A DNA stretch of 64,000 nucleotides from an uncultured delta proteobacterium (GTDB lineage: Bacteria; Desulfobacterota; Binatia; UBA9968). Shown here piece after piece: positions 21,823-31,257 of this stretch (position 1 is its first letter; each line of letters opens with the position of its first letter). The notes beneath the pieces were generated by a model that saw nothing but the letters and a program-made list of their open reading frames with translations, ran no database searches and had not been told where the DNA came from. The translations under genes and the position numbers were made by a program. Location of the stretch: positions 60,638 to 124,637 of the forward strand of contig CAVWLW010000034.1 in assembly GCA_963755715.1 (NCBI GenBank). Direction: 5' to 3'.

Positions 21823-23301
21823 TTATAATGCAGAGAGAAATTTAAGCAGAGTACGCACGCCGAATCCAGTGCCGCCCTTGGGGCAAAGCGCGTTGTCGTT
21901 TTCGGCGAACGCCGGCCCGGCGATATCCAGATGCGCCCACGGCACGTCGCCGACAAATTCTTGCAGGATCAATGCGGCTGTGATCGCCCCGCCGTGAGAT
22001 CCGCCGATGTTTTTCATGTCGGCGACGCTGCTTTTGATCATTTCTTTGTACTCTTTGACCAGCGGCAGTTGCCAAAGCTTTTCGCCGGCTTCCCCGGCGC
22101 AACGCAGCAGCGTGTCCGCGAGCGGCTGGTGGTTGCTGAAAAGGCCACCGACTTGGGTGCCCAAAGCGACCATGCAAGCGCCGGTTAAAGTCGCCAGATT
22201 GATCATGTAATCGGGATTCTGTTCGCCGCCGAGCGCGAGCGCATCGGCGAGGATCAGCCGCCCTTCGGCGTCGGTGTTGAGCACTTCGATAGTCTTGCCG
22301 TTCCTGTAGCGAATCACGTCGCCCGGTTTCTGCGCATTGTCCCCGGGTAAATTATCGGTTGTAGGCACGTAACCCGTGACGTCGATATCGAATCCAAGCT
22401 TGGGCAAGCAACTCATCGCGGCGATTACGGCGGCGCCGCCAGCCATGTCGAGTTTCATGGTTTCCATCGACTTCGATGGCTTGAGCGATAAACCGCCCGA
22501 ATCGAAAGTTATGCCTTTGCCGATCAACACGACTTTCTTTTTCGGCTTGCCCGCAGGCTTGTAATGAATTTTTATAAAGCGCGGTTCTTCATAGCTGCCG
22601 CGGTTCACCGCCAAGAGTCCGGCCAATTTCATCGACTCGATCTTTCGCTTGTCCCAAACTTCCGCAGACAATCCCCGGCCACGGCAATATTTTTTTGCCT
22701 GTTCGCCGAGGAAACGCGCGGTGGTGACCGACGGCGGTTCATTGACCAGATCGCGCGCCAGAGAGACTCCGGTGACGACGATCTGCGCGATTTCGATCGA
22801 GCGCATCAATGCCGCGGTCGGCCGCAAGCCTGAGTTAAACAGCGTGAAGGACTTGAGCTCGGCCGGCGGCTTGGAGCTCGAGCGATATTTATTAAATTGG
22901 TAGGCGGCCAATAGCGCGCCTTCGACCAGCGCGCCGCCTGCTATTGCCGAATCTTTATCGGGCGAAAAGAAAAATGCGATGTCTTCGGCGCCGAGCGCTG
23001 CGGCTTCCCTGCGCGCTCGCGCGCCGATCTTGCGCCAAGTGTCGCCGGTGATTTCCGCTCCGCCGCCGAGGCCGATCAACAGCAATTGGGCGGCCGGCAA
23101 AAGTCCGGCCGTTTGATAGATCAACGTGCCGCCTTCGGCGCCGGTGAATTTACTTTTTTGCATGCGCGCGCGCAGATTACCCCGAAGACGGCGGTCCAGG
23201 GCTCGGATTAGCGCATCGTCGAGTTTCTTTTCGCGCACCGGGATGACGAGCAGATCGGTTTTGATCCGTTCGGCGTTGCTGTCACGTACCTTGATTTCCA
23301 T
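21823..23301 (-). CDS. pepA: Leucyl aminopeptidase (M17)
   Basis: GKGITFDSGG, MKLDMAG, NTDAEGRL, HLDIAG. Confidence 0.95.
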   Translation of the reverse strand: MEIKVRDSNAERIKTDLLVIPVREKKLDDALIRALDRRLRGNLRARMQKSKFTGAEGGTLIYQTAGLLPAAQLLLIGLGGGAEITGDTWRKIGARARREAAALGAEDIAFFFSPDKDSAIAGGALVEGALLAAYQFNKYRSSSKPPAELKSFTLFNSGLRPTAALMRSIEIAQIVVTGVSLARDLVNEPPSVTTARFLGEQAKKYCRGRGLSAEVWDKRKIESMKLAGLLAVNRGSYEEPRFIKIHYKPAGKPKKKVVLIGKGITFDSGGLSLKPSKSMETMKLDMAGGAAVIAAMSCLPKLGFDIDVTGYVPTTDNLPGDNAQKPGDVIRYRNGKTIEVLNTDAEGRLILADALALGGEQNPDYMINLATLTGACMVALGTQVGGLFSNHQPLADTLLRCAGEAGEKLWQLPLVKEYKEMIKSSVADMKNIGGSHGGAITAALILQEFVGDVPWAHLDIAGPAFAENDNALCPKGGTGFGVRTLLKFLSAL

Positions 23302-23312
23302 CTGGCCTTCGA

Positions 23313-23861
23313 TCATGTCCTTTGGCGGATCAGCGTCATGAATTCGTTGCGAGTGTCCTGGCGCGTGCGAAAGGCGCCCAGCAGGCTGCTGGTGATCACG
23401 TAGGAGTTCTGCTTTTCGACGCCGCGCATGCGCATGCACAAATGCTCCGCCTCGATGACGACGGCCACGCCCAGGGCGTCCAGCTTTTCCATGATGATGG
23501 TGGCGATTTGATTGGTCATGCGCTCTTGCACTTGCAGTCGCCGCGCGTAGATGTCCACGAGTCGGGCCAGTTTTGAGATGCCGACGATTTTGTGATGCGG
23601 GATATAAGCCACGTGGGCCTTGCCAAAAAACGGCAGCAAGTGGTGCTCGCAAAGCGAGTAAAAATCGATGTCCTTTTGCACGATCATCTCTTCATAATCT
23701 TCCGTGAAGAGCGCATCGTTGATCACTTTCGCCGGGTCCATGTCATAACCGCGGGTCAAAAAAGTCAGCGCCTGAGCGACGCGCTGCGGCGTCCTCAGCA
23801 ATCCTTCGCGGTTCGGGTCTTCACCGATCGCTTGGAGTATTTGGCGAATTTGTTCTTCCAT
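23313..23861 (-). CDS. folE: GTP cyclohydrolase I
   Basis: [35 protein letters not shown]. Confidence 0.96.
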   Translation of the reverse strand: MEEQIRQILQAIGEDPNREGLLRTPQRVAQALTFLTRGYDMDPAKVINDALFTEDYEEMIVQKDIDFYSLCEHHLLPFFGKAHVAYIPHHKIVGISKLARLVDIYARRLQVQERMTNQIATIIMEKLDALGVAVVIEAEHLCMRMRGVEKQNSYVITSSLLGAFRTRQDTRNEFMTLIRQRT

Positions 23862-23985
23862 TGTTGCTCCATCGGGGTGCGGGCGCTTCGGCTTACGCGG
23901 CGAGGCCGGCTCTATCAGAGGCAAAGTTTAAAAAAGCTAACATTTAGCTCAATAGGCGTCAAACCGAGCGGCGAACCGGAGAGCT

Positions 23986-24723
23986 TTACAGTCGTTGCAA
24001 CAACCAGTTGGGCGTGAAGCGCAGCACGTAGGCATTGAGCAGCGTCATGTAGTCGGCAATTAAAAGAATGCCGACGATGATCAAGAGAACGCCTCCGACC
24101 ACATGGATGGTTTGAATATAATGACGCAGCCGTTGTGAAAACTGAAAGAAAGAATCGATCGCCAGCGCGCTCAAAAAAAACGGCAGAGCCAGGCCAGCCG
24201 CATAGCTTGTCAGTAACAGCGTGCCGCGGCCCACTTCACCGGCGGTGCTTGCCAGAGCCAGCGTGGCTCCCAGGATCGGTCCTACGCAAGGTGTCCAAGC
24301 CACGGCAAAAGTGATGCCGACAAGAATAGAACCGAGATAGCCCGCCGGTTTGTCCTTGAGATTGAACTGTAAGTATCGATCGAGCACAGCGATCTTGAAT
24401 AGGCCGACGAGATAGAGCCCAACCAGCAGGATAAACACGCCGCCGAGTATGCGAATCGCGTTGCGATAATCCAGGAAGAGACCGCCGAGAAAACTCGCGG
24501 AAGCGCCGAGCGAGATAAAGACTAACGAAAAGCCGATAATAAATGCTGCCGAGTTCAAAATCACGCGCCAGCGAACCCGCGCGCGCGCTTCTTCGCTGCG
24601 CATTTCATCGAGAGAAACACCCGACACAAACGAAAGATAAGATGGAATCAGGGGCAGGACACAGGGCGAGAGGAACGAGAAAACTCCGGCCGCGAAAGCA
24701 ACGAAAATGTTGACGTCGGTCAT
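23986..24723 (-). CDS. ccdA: Cytochrome c biogenesis protein CcdA (DsbD TM domain)
   Basis: SFLSPCVLP and WTPCVGPIL. Confidence 0.92.
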   Translation of the reverse strand: MTDVNIFVAFAAGVFSFLSPCVLPLIPSYLSFVSGVSLDEMRSEEARARVRWRVILNSAAFIIGFSLVFISLGASASFLGGLFLDYRNAIRILGGVFILLVGLYLVGLFKIAVLDRYLQFNLKDKPAGYLGSILVGITFAVAWTPCVGPILGATLALASTAGEVGRGTLLLTSYAAGLALPFFLSALAIDSFFQFSQRLRHYIQTIHVVGGVLLIIVGILLIADYMTLLNAYVLRFTPNWLLQRL

Positions 24724-25286
24724 CTCTTGCCGTCAGTAAGATCTTTAATGAGCTTGCGCGCGCCATTGCCGTACCATTCTGCCGGCCCCCAACCGCGCGC
24801 CAATCCTTCGCCGTTCGGACCGATGAGATAAGTCGCCGGCAACCCCCAAGCGCCGTAGAGGCTGCCCACTTGGGCTTCGGGGTCGAGGGCGATCGGATAG
24901 GTTATTTTAAGCTCCTTGACGAAGTCGACCGCGTCTTGTTTACGGTCTTTCACCGCCACGGCTAAGACGACAAAGTTTTTTTGCTTGTACTCCTGGTACA
25001 ACTTTTCCATGGCCGGCATCTCTTCCCGGCACGGCACGCACCAACTCGCCCAGAAATTTAACAGCACGACTTTGCCGCGGAAGTCCTTTAAAGAGATCTT
25101 TTTGCCGTCGGGCGTGGTTAGATTGAACTCTGGGGTCGGCGCGGTGTCCTTCATCGGCTGAAGAATCGGCACCGCTTTTTTGTAGTCGACTTTCGTTTGG
25201 CTCCATGCCGGAGCAAAACTTAGAACGATTGAGCTTCCAAAAAAGACAAATACGCGCAGGAAATCGCCGGTGATTTGCGTTTTCAT
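24720..25286 (-). CDS. TlpA/ResA-like exported thiol:disulfide oxidoreductase
   Basis: [15 protein letters not shown]; signal peptide; overlaps ccdA start. Confidence 0.9.
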   Translation of the reverse strand: MKTQITGDFLRVFVFFGSSIVLSFAPAWSQTKVDYKKAVPILQPMKDTAPTPEFNLTTPDGKKISLKDFRGKVVLLNFWASWCVPCREEMPAMEKLYQEYKQKNFVVLAVAVKDRKQDAVDFVKELKITYPIALDPEAQVGSLYGAWGLPATYLIGPNGEGLARGWGPAEWYGNGARKLIKDLTDGKR

Positions 25287-25447
25287 ACAGGGTTTAACTC
25301 TAACCAACAGGCCGAGCCGACGCAATACTCGTCCCGACGCCGAATTCAGGCGCCCGGCAAAGAGAAGCTAGGAAAAAAATCGTGCTGCTGTTTACATGCG
25401 GGATGGATTTAATTTCGTGTCGAACGAATTTGAATCTAACGACGGCC

Positions 25448-25490
25448 AAAAACACAAGGCCCTCCAAGTTGTCACTGGAGGGCTCTGTGT
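25448..25490 (-). terminator. Rho-independent terminator of the small Lys-rich peptide transcript
   Basis: Minus strand ACACAGAGCCCTCCA-GTGACAACT-TGGAGGGCCTTGTGT-TTTT. Confidence 0.7.
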
Positions 25491-25570
25491 ATTAGGCAAC
25501 CAGAACGGTTACCTTGTTGCCTGAGAGTCAGGAGGGTTTAAATCACCACCACAACCCCACAACTCCGTAT

Positions 25571-25621
25571 TTACTTCTTTTTCTTTTTGGCTTTCTTCTT
25601 GGCTTTCTTTTTAGCAGCCAT
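25571..25621 (-). CDS. 16-aa Lys/Ala peptide MAAKKKAKKKAKKKKK (below ORF-track cutoff)
   Basis: AAGGAGGT SD 4 nt before ATG; mixed AAA/AAG Lys codons; TAA stop; own promoter and terminator. Confidence 0.7.
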   Translation of the reverse strand: MAAKKKAKKKAKKKKK

Positions 25622-25734
25622 AAGCACCTCCTTTTAGGATTCCACGGGCGGGCTTTTCGATTGACAGGCGTTGAAAATTGACTCAGGCAAGAGAAACGAA
25701 ACTAAAAACCCTCCCATATTTTGTAGGTGATCCA

Positions 25735-25764
25735 ATTATTAGGACACAACAGATTGTATGTCAA
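25735..25764 (-). promoter_or_regulatory. Sigma70-type promoter for the Lys-rich peptide gene
   Basis: Minus strand TTGACA-N17-TAATAAT with a T-tract upstream of -35. Confidence 0.65.
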
Positions 25765-26328
25765 GAAAAAAATATCATTTTACAAAATATTTTGACGCGT
25801 GCGCTGAAACTTTGCCGACGAGCAATTCAAACTGTGATCAAGCAATGACGGCGAACTAAGAGATAGCGATTAACAGCAGAGCGTTTTATTGCGACGTTTG
25901 ATGTCAAGGATCAAAAAAGCATGTTGAGGAAAATTTTTGGGCGTCTAAGCGAGGGGCGATCAGAATCGCAGCTGCACAGTCAAAGCACAGTGGCGCGGAG
26001 ATTACCGCGCGAACGCTCCGACTTCACTCAATCCGTAGCGCCTTGATCATTTTGGGGCAAGTGGGGGATGCAGGCGGCGAGCTTTTGCCGCAATAGGCGC
26101 TTGCGGGCGCGCTCCGATGGCGCGGATAAACCCATCGCGGAGTAAATGCGCGGCGGCGGCACAGATAGGCGGCGCTGATGACCACGAAGGCAGGTGATCT
26201 ATCGGAAGGAGATTTAGGGCTTTGCCAAGAACTGTGCGCTCGACCATACCGCAAGTGGTAATGATACGAGCGGCTTGTCGTCAAGATCTGGGGAGCAGGG
26301 TTTGTCAGGAAAACATTCTGCGTGGGTG

Positions 26329-27342
26329 CTATCGCGAGGCCGTGGCACGTGCCAATTCTTCATCGATGATCCGCGCGAAAGCTTCGAGGGGTTGAGCTCC
26401 CGTCAAGGGCCGTCCGTTGATGAAAAACGCCGGCGTGCCAGTGACTCCAAGACGCGTACCCTCGTCAATATCTTTTTGTAATGCGGTTTTGTGCACGCCG
26501 CCTGAGAGGCAGTCGTCAAACTTTTTGACATCGATCCCGGCTTGCGCGGCATAGCGCTTCAAATCATCGGGAGCCAATTTAGGCGACTCGGTAAAGAGCG
26601 TGTCGTAATATTCCCAAAACTTTCCCTGATCGTTCGCGCAACGCGCCGCCTCGGCGGCCCGCCGCGCCTGGGGATGGATACTTTCAAGCGGAAAGTCGCG
26701 ATACACGAGTTTGACTTTGCCTGCATATTTCTCAAGTAATTGCATTAAGGTCGGGTGTGCTCGCTTGCAGAACGGGCATTCAAAGTCAGAAAATTCGACT
26801 ATTGTAACTGGAGAGTTCGCCGGTCCTCTAAAAGGTGCTCCGTCCACCGATACTTCGACCCGCGCCGCCGCCGGCGGCTTTAAGTTGTCTACTATCTTGG
26901 CTTGTGAGCGGAGAGATGTGAGAAATTCTTCGCGCTTAGCCGCCAACTTTTGGTTTTGTAAGAAAGCTCTGATCTGCTCCCGAACCTGAGCCTGCTCTCC
27001 TTTGATCTGCGCTTTCTTTTCCTGATAGAATTTTTCGATCTCCTGTTCCGTGACCAGGCCGACTTTCGAGGTGATCTCAGCATCCAGTAAAGCCGGCACC
27101 GTGAGCTTGCGTTTGGCTGCTTCCTTTTCCAAAAGCTTCTCATTGATCAGCGCGTCGAGTTTCTGGCGTTTTAGATTGTAAATCTGCTCTTCGAGCTTGC
27201 TTAGCTGGCCCGCGAGACTTTTTTCGACTTCTTCCGAAGTGATCGCGGCCCCGTCCACCTCAGCCAGCGCATCGCCCGCCCCGTGAGCGTTTGTTGGAAA
27301 GCTGGATCCCAGCAAGAAAAGTAAAATCCAAAAAATCATCAT
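26329..27342 (-). CDS. DsbA-family oxidoreductase with SurA-like N-terminal domain
   Basis: Signal peptide; EFSDFECPFC, GVTGTPAFFING. Confidence 0.88.
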   Translation of the reverse strand: MMIFWILLFLLGSSFPTNAHGAGDALAEVDGAAITSEEVEKSLAGQLSKLEEQIYNLKRQKLDALINEKLLEKEAAKRKLTVPALLDAEITSKVGLVTEQEIEKFYQEKKAQIKGEQAQVREQIRAFLQNQKLAAKREEFLTSLRSQAKIVDNLKPPAAARVEVSVDGAPFRGPANSPVTIVEFSDFECPFCKRAHPTLMQLLEKYAGKVKLVYRDFPLESIHPQARRAAEAARCANDQGKFWEYYDTLFTESPKLAPDDLKRYAAQAGIDVKKFDDCLSGGVHKTALQKDIDEGTRLGVTGTPAFFINGRPLTGAQPLEAFARIIDEELARATASR

Positions 27343-27460
27343 TGGGGAAAGCGCTCCTTCGGTTCAAGCTTTATGAAAGAGAAAAAAGATATTAGCAGAA
27401 AAAAGGTCGGCAGCAAAAAGATCTCAGGAACCTTTTTGCAGCGAAAACGCTCCCTGCCTA

Positions 27461-29602
27461 TCATTTCTCCTGCATGACCACCAGAACTCCGTTTTCACCC
27501 GCCGCCAGCCGGCCAGCATGGAAGGTCGCGGGCGAGTCGGCCGGAAAATCGCGGTGCAGCGCAGCGAAAAGTTCTGCCGCTTCAGGCTCTTCCTGGCTTA
27601 GCGCGGTGTAGGCTTCGGCGTAGCGGGCCAGTAGCGCCGGCGGGTCGGCCGGAGAGACCGGCGCCAGGATAGCTACTGCATTTTTCCGGCCTTTCACGAT
27701 TATGTCACCAACAGGACGAAACGTATGGCGCGAGCACTGCGCGGCGGTCTCGCCGCTCACCGCTACATGGCTGCCGATATACTTGTTCAGCCCCTCCACG
27801 CGGGAGGCGGTGTTGAGCGTATCGCCCAGGGCGCCGTATTTCAGCTTGCCGCGGGTGCCGATATTGCCGACCAGCGCCATGCCGGTATGGACGCCGATGC
27901 GGGTATGGCCCCACTCGATGCCGCGCGCCGCAAGCCGGGCACTGAAGCGTTGGCCCGCTTCGTCCATCGCAATAGCGGCGGCCACGGCGCGGTCAGCGTG
28001 GTCCGGCTGGTGCATCGGCGCACCGAACAACACCACGAGGCCGTCGCCGATGAAGTCGTTCACCAACCCGCCATTTTGCACCACCGCATCGGTCAGCACG
28101 CCGAAATAGTCACCCAGCAGCGCGGCCACGGTGGCGGCATCCAAGTTCTCGGCCGTGGTGGTGAAGCCGGCGATGTCGGTGAAGATGGCGGTGATCTCGC
28201 GATGCTCGCCACCGAAACTGGGCAGTGTGTCGCCCTGCATCATCTGGCTGATGATGCGCGGGTCGAGGTAACTCTCGAAGCTGCGGCGCAGCTGGGCGCG
28301 TTCCCGCAGCCCCACCGAGTGCATGACGAAGTTGCAACCTGCCGCGCTCAGCACCCAGGCCAGCGCCACCGGCACGCCGGGCAGTAGCAGACCCGCGCCC
28401 GAGAACCCCCAAGCGGTGGCCCCGCCCACCAGGCCAAGGCCCAGCAGCAGTGCCAACAACACCACGATCACGCGCCAAACCAGCAGCGCTAACACTGCGC
28501 CGGCCATTGCCGCGGCCCAGATGGTGACATCGTCCATCAAGCGCGGCAGCGGCACCGGGTTGCGCGATTCGCCATTGGCTATGCGTATCAATTGGTCGGC
28601 GGTGTGCGCGTGCAGCGCAATCCCGACGAGCGGCCCCTCCCCGCCCCAGCCGGTACTCAACGGCGTAGCGAAACTATCCTTGATGGAGAGCGCAGCGGTG
28701 CCGATCAGCACAATGCGTCCGCGCAGAGTTGCCGCCAGGTCCGGCCGGCCGATGATCTCGGAGAAGCTTATCTGGCGGAAACGTCGATAGCCGCCGCGAT
28801 AGTCCAACAGCATCTGGTAGCCAGCGGCATCCAGCTTTGCGTAAGGGCCATAGGGCTGGTCGAGCAGCGGGATGCGGCCCTGGCCCAGCGCCAGGTCGTT
28901 GTCCACAATGCCCAGCCGCTGACCGGTGTATCGTTCGGCCAGGGCGACGCCCATCGCGGGCCAGTTGCGGTTAGTGCGTTCATCCGCAGCCAATAGCAGG
29001 GCCCGGCGCACCACGCTACCCGCATCCGTCACGTGGTCAGAGAGCACCTCGCGCCCGGTGCCGCGCAGCGCGGGCGGCGGCGGAACCCCGTCATTTCCTA
29101 CATCCGGCAGCTTGAAGACCCAATACAGGTTGTCGTGGGCACGCTGAATGGCTTGTAACTCCTGGTTGCCCGGCGCCATCGGCAAATCGCGGTACAAATC
29201 CACACCTACCGCCTTCGGCCCACTGGCGAAAACGGCCGCCAGCACGGCAGCAAGGTAGTTGTCGCGGATGGGGTAGTTCAAGCGGTTGATATCCTCTTCT
29301 GTGGTGACCACCAGCACCACTCGGTCGCTTTGTTGCGACCCCGCGAAGAAAGTCACCAGAGTATCAAACGCCGAAAGCTCTAGGCTTTGTAGCCAGCCGG
29401 TTTCCCGCAGCGATAGCAGCATCAACGCCACCAAGTTGGCTACTATCAGCGCCTTGACGAAACGCCGGCGCAACAGGGCGGCCAGCCAATGCCCCGTGCG
29501 TGCTGGCGCGCCTCGCGCCGACTCGACCGCGCCCCCATCAATGTACTTCAGCTTTCCCGTTCCCGTTGACGATACATCCATCTTAGGGGCCTGCTTTGCC
29601 AT
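27461..29602 (-). CDS. CHASE2-domain class III nucleotide cyclase
   Basis: TM, CHASE2 (PKAVGVDLY, VRRALL, RIVLIG, LHAH..DQL), 3 TM, FTDIAGFT, FIGDG, RIGVHTG, NTASRVEG; start uncertain. Confidence 0.9.
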   Translation of the reverse strand: MAKQAPKMDVSSTGTGKLKYIDGGAVESARGAPARTGHWLAALLRRRFVKALIVANLVALMLLSLRETGWLQSLELSAFDTLVTFFAGSQQSDRVVLVVTTEEDINRLNYPIRDNYLAAVLAAVFASGPKAVGVDLYRDLPMAPGNQELQAIQRAHDNLYWVFKLPDVGNDGVPPPPALRGTGREVLSDHVTDAGSVVRRALLLAADERTNRNWPAMGVALAERYTGQRLGIVDNDLALGQGRIPLLDQPYGPYAKLDAAGYQMLLDYRGGYRRFRQISFSEIIGRPDLAATLRGRIVLIGTAALSIKDSFATPLSTGWGGEGPLVGIALHAHTADQLIRIANGESRNPVPLPRLMDDVTIWAAAMAGAVLALLVWRVIVVLLALLLGLGLVGGATAWGFSGAGLLLPGVPVALAWVLSAAGCNFVMHSVGLRERAQLRRSFESYLDPRIISQMMQGDTLPSFGGEHREITAIFTDIAGFTTTAENLDAATVAALLGDYFGVLTDAVVQNGGLVNDFIGDGLVVLFGAPMHQPDHADRAVAAAIAMDEAGQRFSARLAARGIEWGHTRIGVHTGMALVGNIGTRGKLKYGALGDTLNTASRVEGLNKYIGSHVAVSGETAAQCSRHTFRPVGDIIVKGRKNAVAILAPVSPADPPALLARYAEAYTALSQEEPEAAELFAALHRDFPADSPATFHAGRLAAGENGVLVVMQEK

Positions 29603-30226
29603 CGCAATCTTGCTTTCTGTCCAGTCCGGCGGGTTGCGCTCTGCCTGGTTAGGCAGGCGCTTGGCCGCGGATGCAGCCACGGTTTGGCACTATCGTGTTA
29701 ACTGTCAACGCGACGATAAGTGTGTAGCAGGCAGCGCTAGCGCGCCATGGACGAACTCTCAAGCATAAAGGCAATCCAAACATTTCCATCGGATTTGTCC
29801 GTGTGCGGCTGAAATACATATCATCTTAATTCAGCCTCCAAAAGACAAACTCCCGAGACCACAGTCGCCTCGGCGCGGAACTTTTCCAGTCGCCGTATAT
29901 TACCCAACCACGATGACAAAACTATATGTAATGTCGCACAGCCTTCGCGCTCGCATTATCGAGCGAGGCTTCTGAGGCGTTTATGGAAGGAGTAGAAGCT
30001 AAAATTGAATGGCGAATCAACGAAGATTGCCTAATGGAATTCAGAACGCGACGTTCGGGCGGGTCGCACGTCGTTCGAGTTATTGTGGCGGCGGCTTTTA
30101 GTTGTCTACTATCTTGGCCTGCGACCATTCGCTCCTGGAGGGCAGGTTGGTGGAGCGTTTTCCCGGTCCTACGTATCGATGAATGACTAACGCCGGCGAA
30201 TGCCAGCGTTAATCACTACAAGCGAT

Positions 30227-30904
30227 CTATTCGTTGGTCGATGGTAGGCCAACCTGTTTCAGGAGCGCCGTACGCTCGTTGCGGAGCTCTTGGTTTTGAG
30301 GCGCAGCGTCAATTAGATCGGAGATCGACTTCAAAGCATCGTACCAGAGACCTGCCTGCGCGTAGACAAAAGGTAGCTCCTTGTCCGATGCTTTAGCCAG
30401 CTTCGTCTTGACATCTTCCTGCAGATCGACCCGCTCGATGGCCCCGCCAGCCAGGATGTCTTTCGAGCGCCGATCGGCATCGGGCACCACCGCAACAAAC
30501 CACCGATACGCTGCACCTGGCGCGAGGCGAACATTATAGTCGGCTAATCGAACCCGCTGAATTCCCGGCTTGGTAGGGGCAGGAAGCTGCGTTTCCAGGA
30601 TGGGTTTGACTCCTTGAGGATCCATCAGAGTAAGTTCAATCGGCAGGGAGGTTGGGTTGGAAATGAACCAGTAGAGCGAGGGCTGCTCGCTGGTCGTAAA
30701 TGCGCTGTGATCCGGCGCCAAGACGGACAGGACAAAGACATTTTGGCCACCGCCTCGTGTGCCGCCGCCTATGCGTCCCCCCGGAGCTCCGCGCGAAGGA
30801 GGGTTGTATACCGGCATGTTGGCATCCGCTGCAAATAACGAAACCCGCGTGCTAAGCACAAGAACCGCAATTGAAGACCAAACCATCGGTTTTAGGTACT
30901 TCAT
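30227..30904 (-). CDS. Exported DUF928-domain protein
   Basis: Signal peptide, PPSRGAPGGRIGGGTRG, TTSEQPSLYWF, YRW, YAQAGLWYDAL, LLKQVGL. Confidence 0.8.
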   Translation of the reverse strand: MKYLKPMVWSSIAVLVLSTRVSLFAADANMPVYNPPSRGAPGGRIGGGTRGGGQNVFVLSVLAPDHSAFTTSEQPSLYWFISNPTSLPIELTLMDPQGVKPILETQLPAPTKPGIQRVRLADYNVRLAPGAAYRWFVAVVPDADRRSKDILAGGAIERVDLQEDVKTKLAKASDKELPFVYAQAGLWYDALKSISDLIDAAPQNQELRNERTALLKQVGLPSTNE

Positions 30905-31257
30905 GTTCGTTCTCCTTAAATAAGGCTAGTAAGCAAGTGTTACGCCAACTTATAAGATCACAGCCACAGTGGATTAACAAACTGTTGCCCGGGTACATAC
31001 ATGGACCGGTTCTCGCCGTCAACTTCGTTTACAGCGGCTCGACATCATTGACTGCTGACCATTACCATCTTCGGATCGTCGCACCACCCGATCGATCACC
31101 ACCTTCCGCTTTACCCTTTACGTTGGGTTCTCCGACTTTTTCGGTCCGGAACTGGAGATCGAGATAAGACTGAGGGTTCCTACGGAAATCAGAACTGGGA
31201 TCCAAACACCGACGGTCAATGGAGATCATACACCGACCCCACGGCAGAAACACATCA

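Noticed and set aside
26024-26284. Short minus-strand ORFs between DsbA and the Lys-peptide promoter
   Set aside because: No SD, motif or compositional support
29922-30186. Small ORFs between the CHASE2 cyclase and DUF928
   Set aside because: No recognisable features; likely intergenic or decayed sequence
30905-31257. Spacer between DUF928 and CHAT with short ORFs
   Set aside because: No convincing start signals or repeats on either strand
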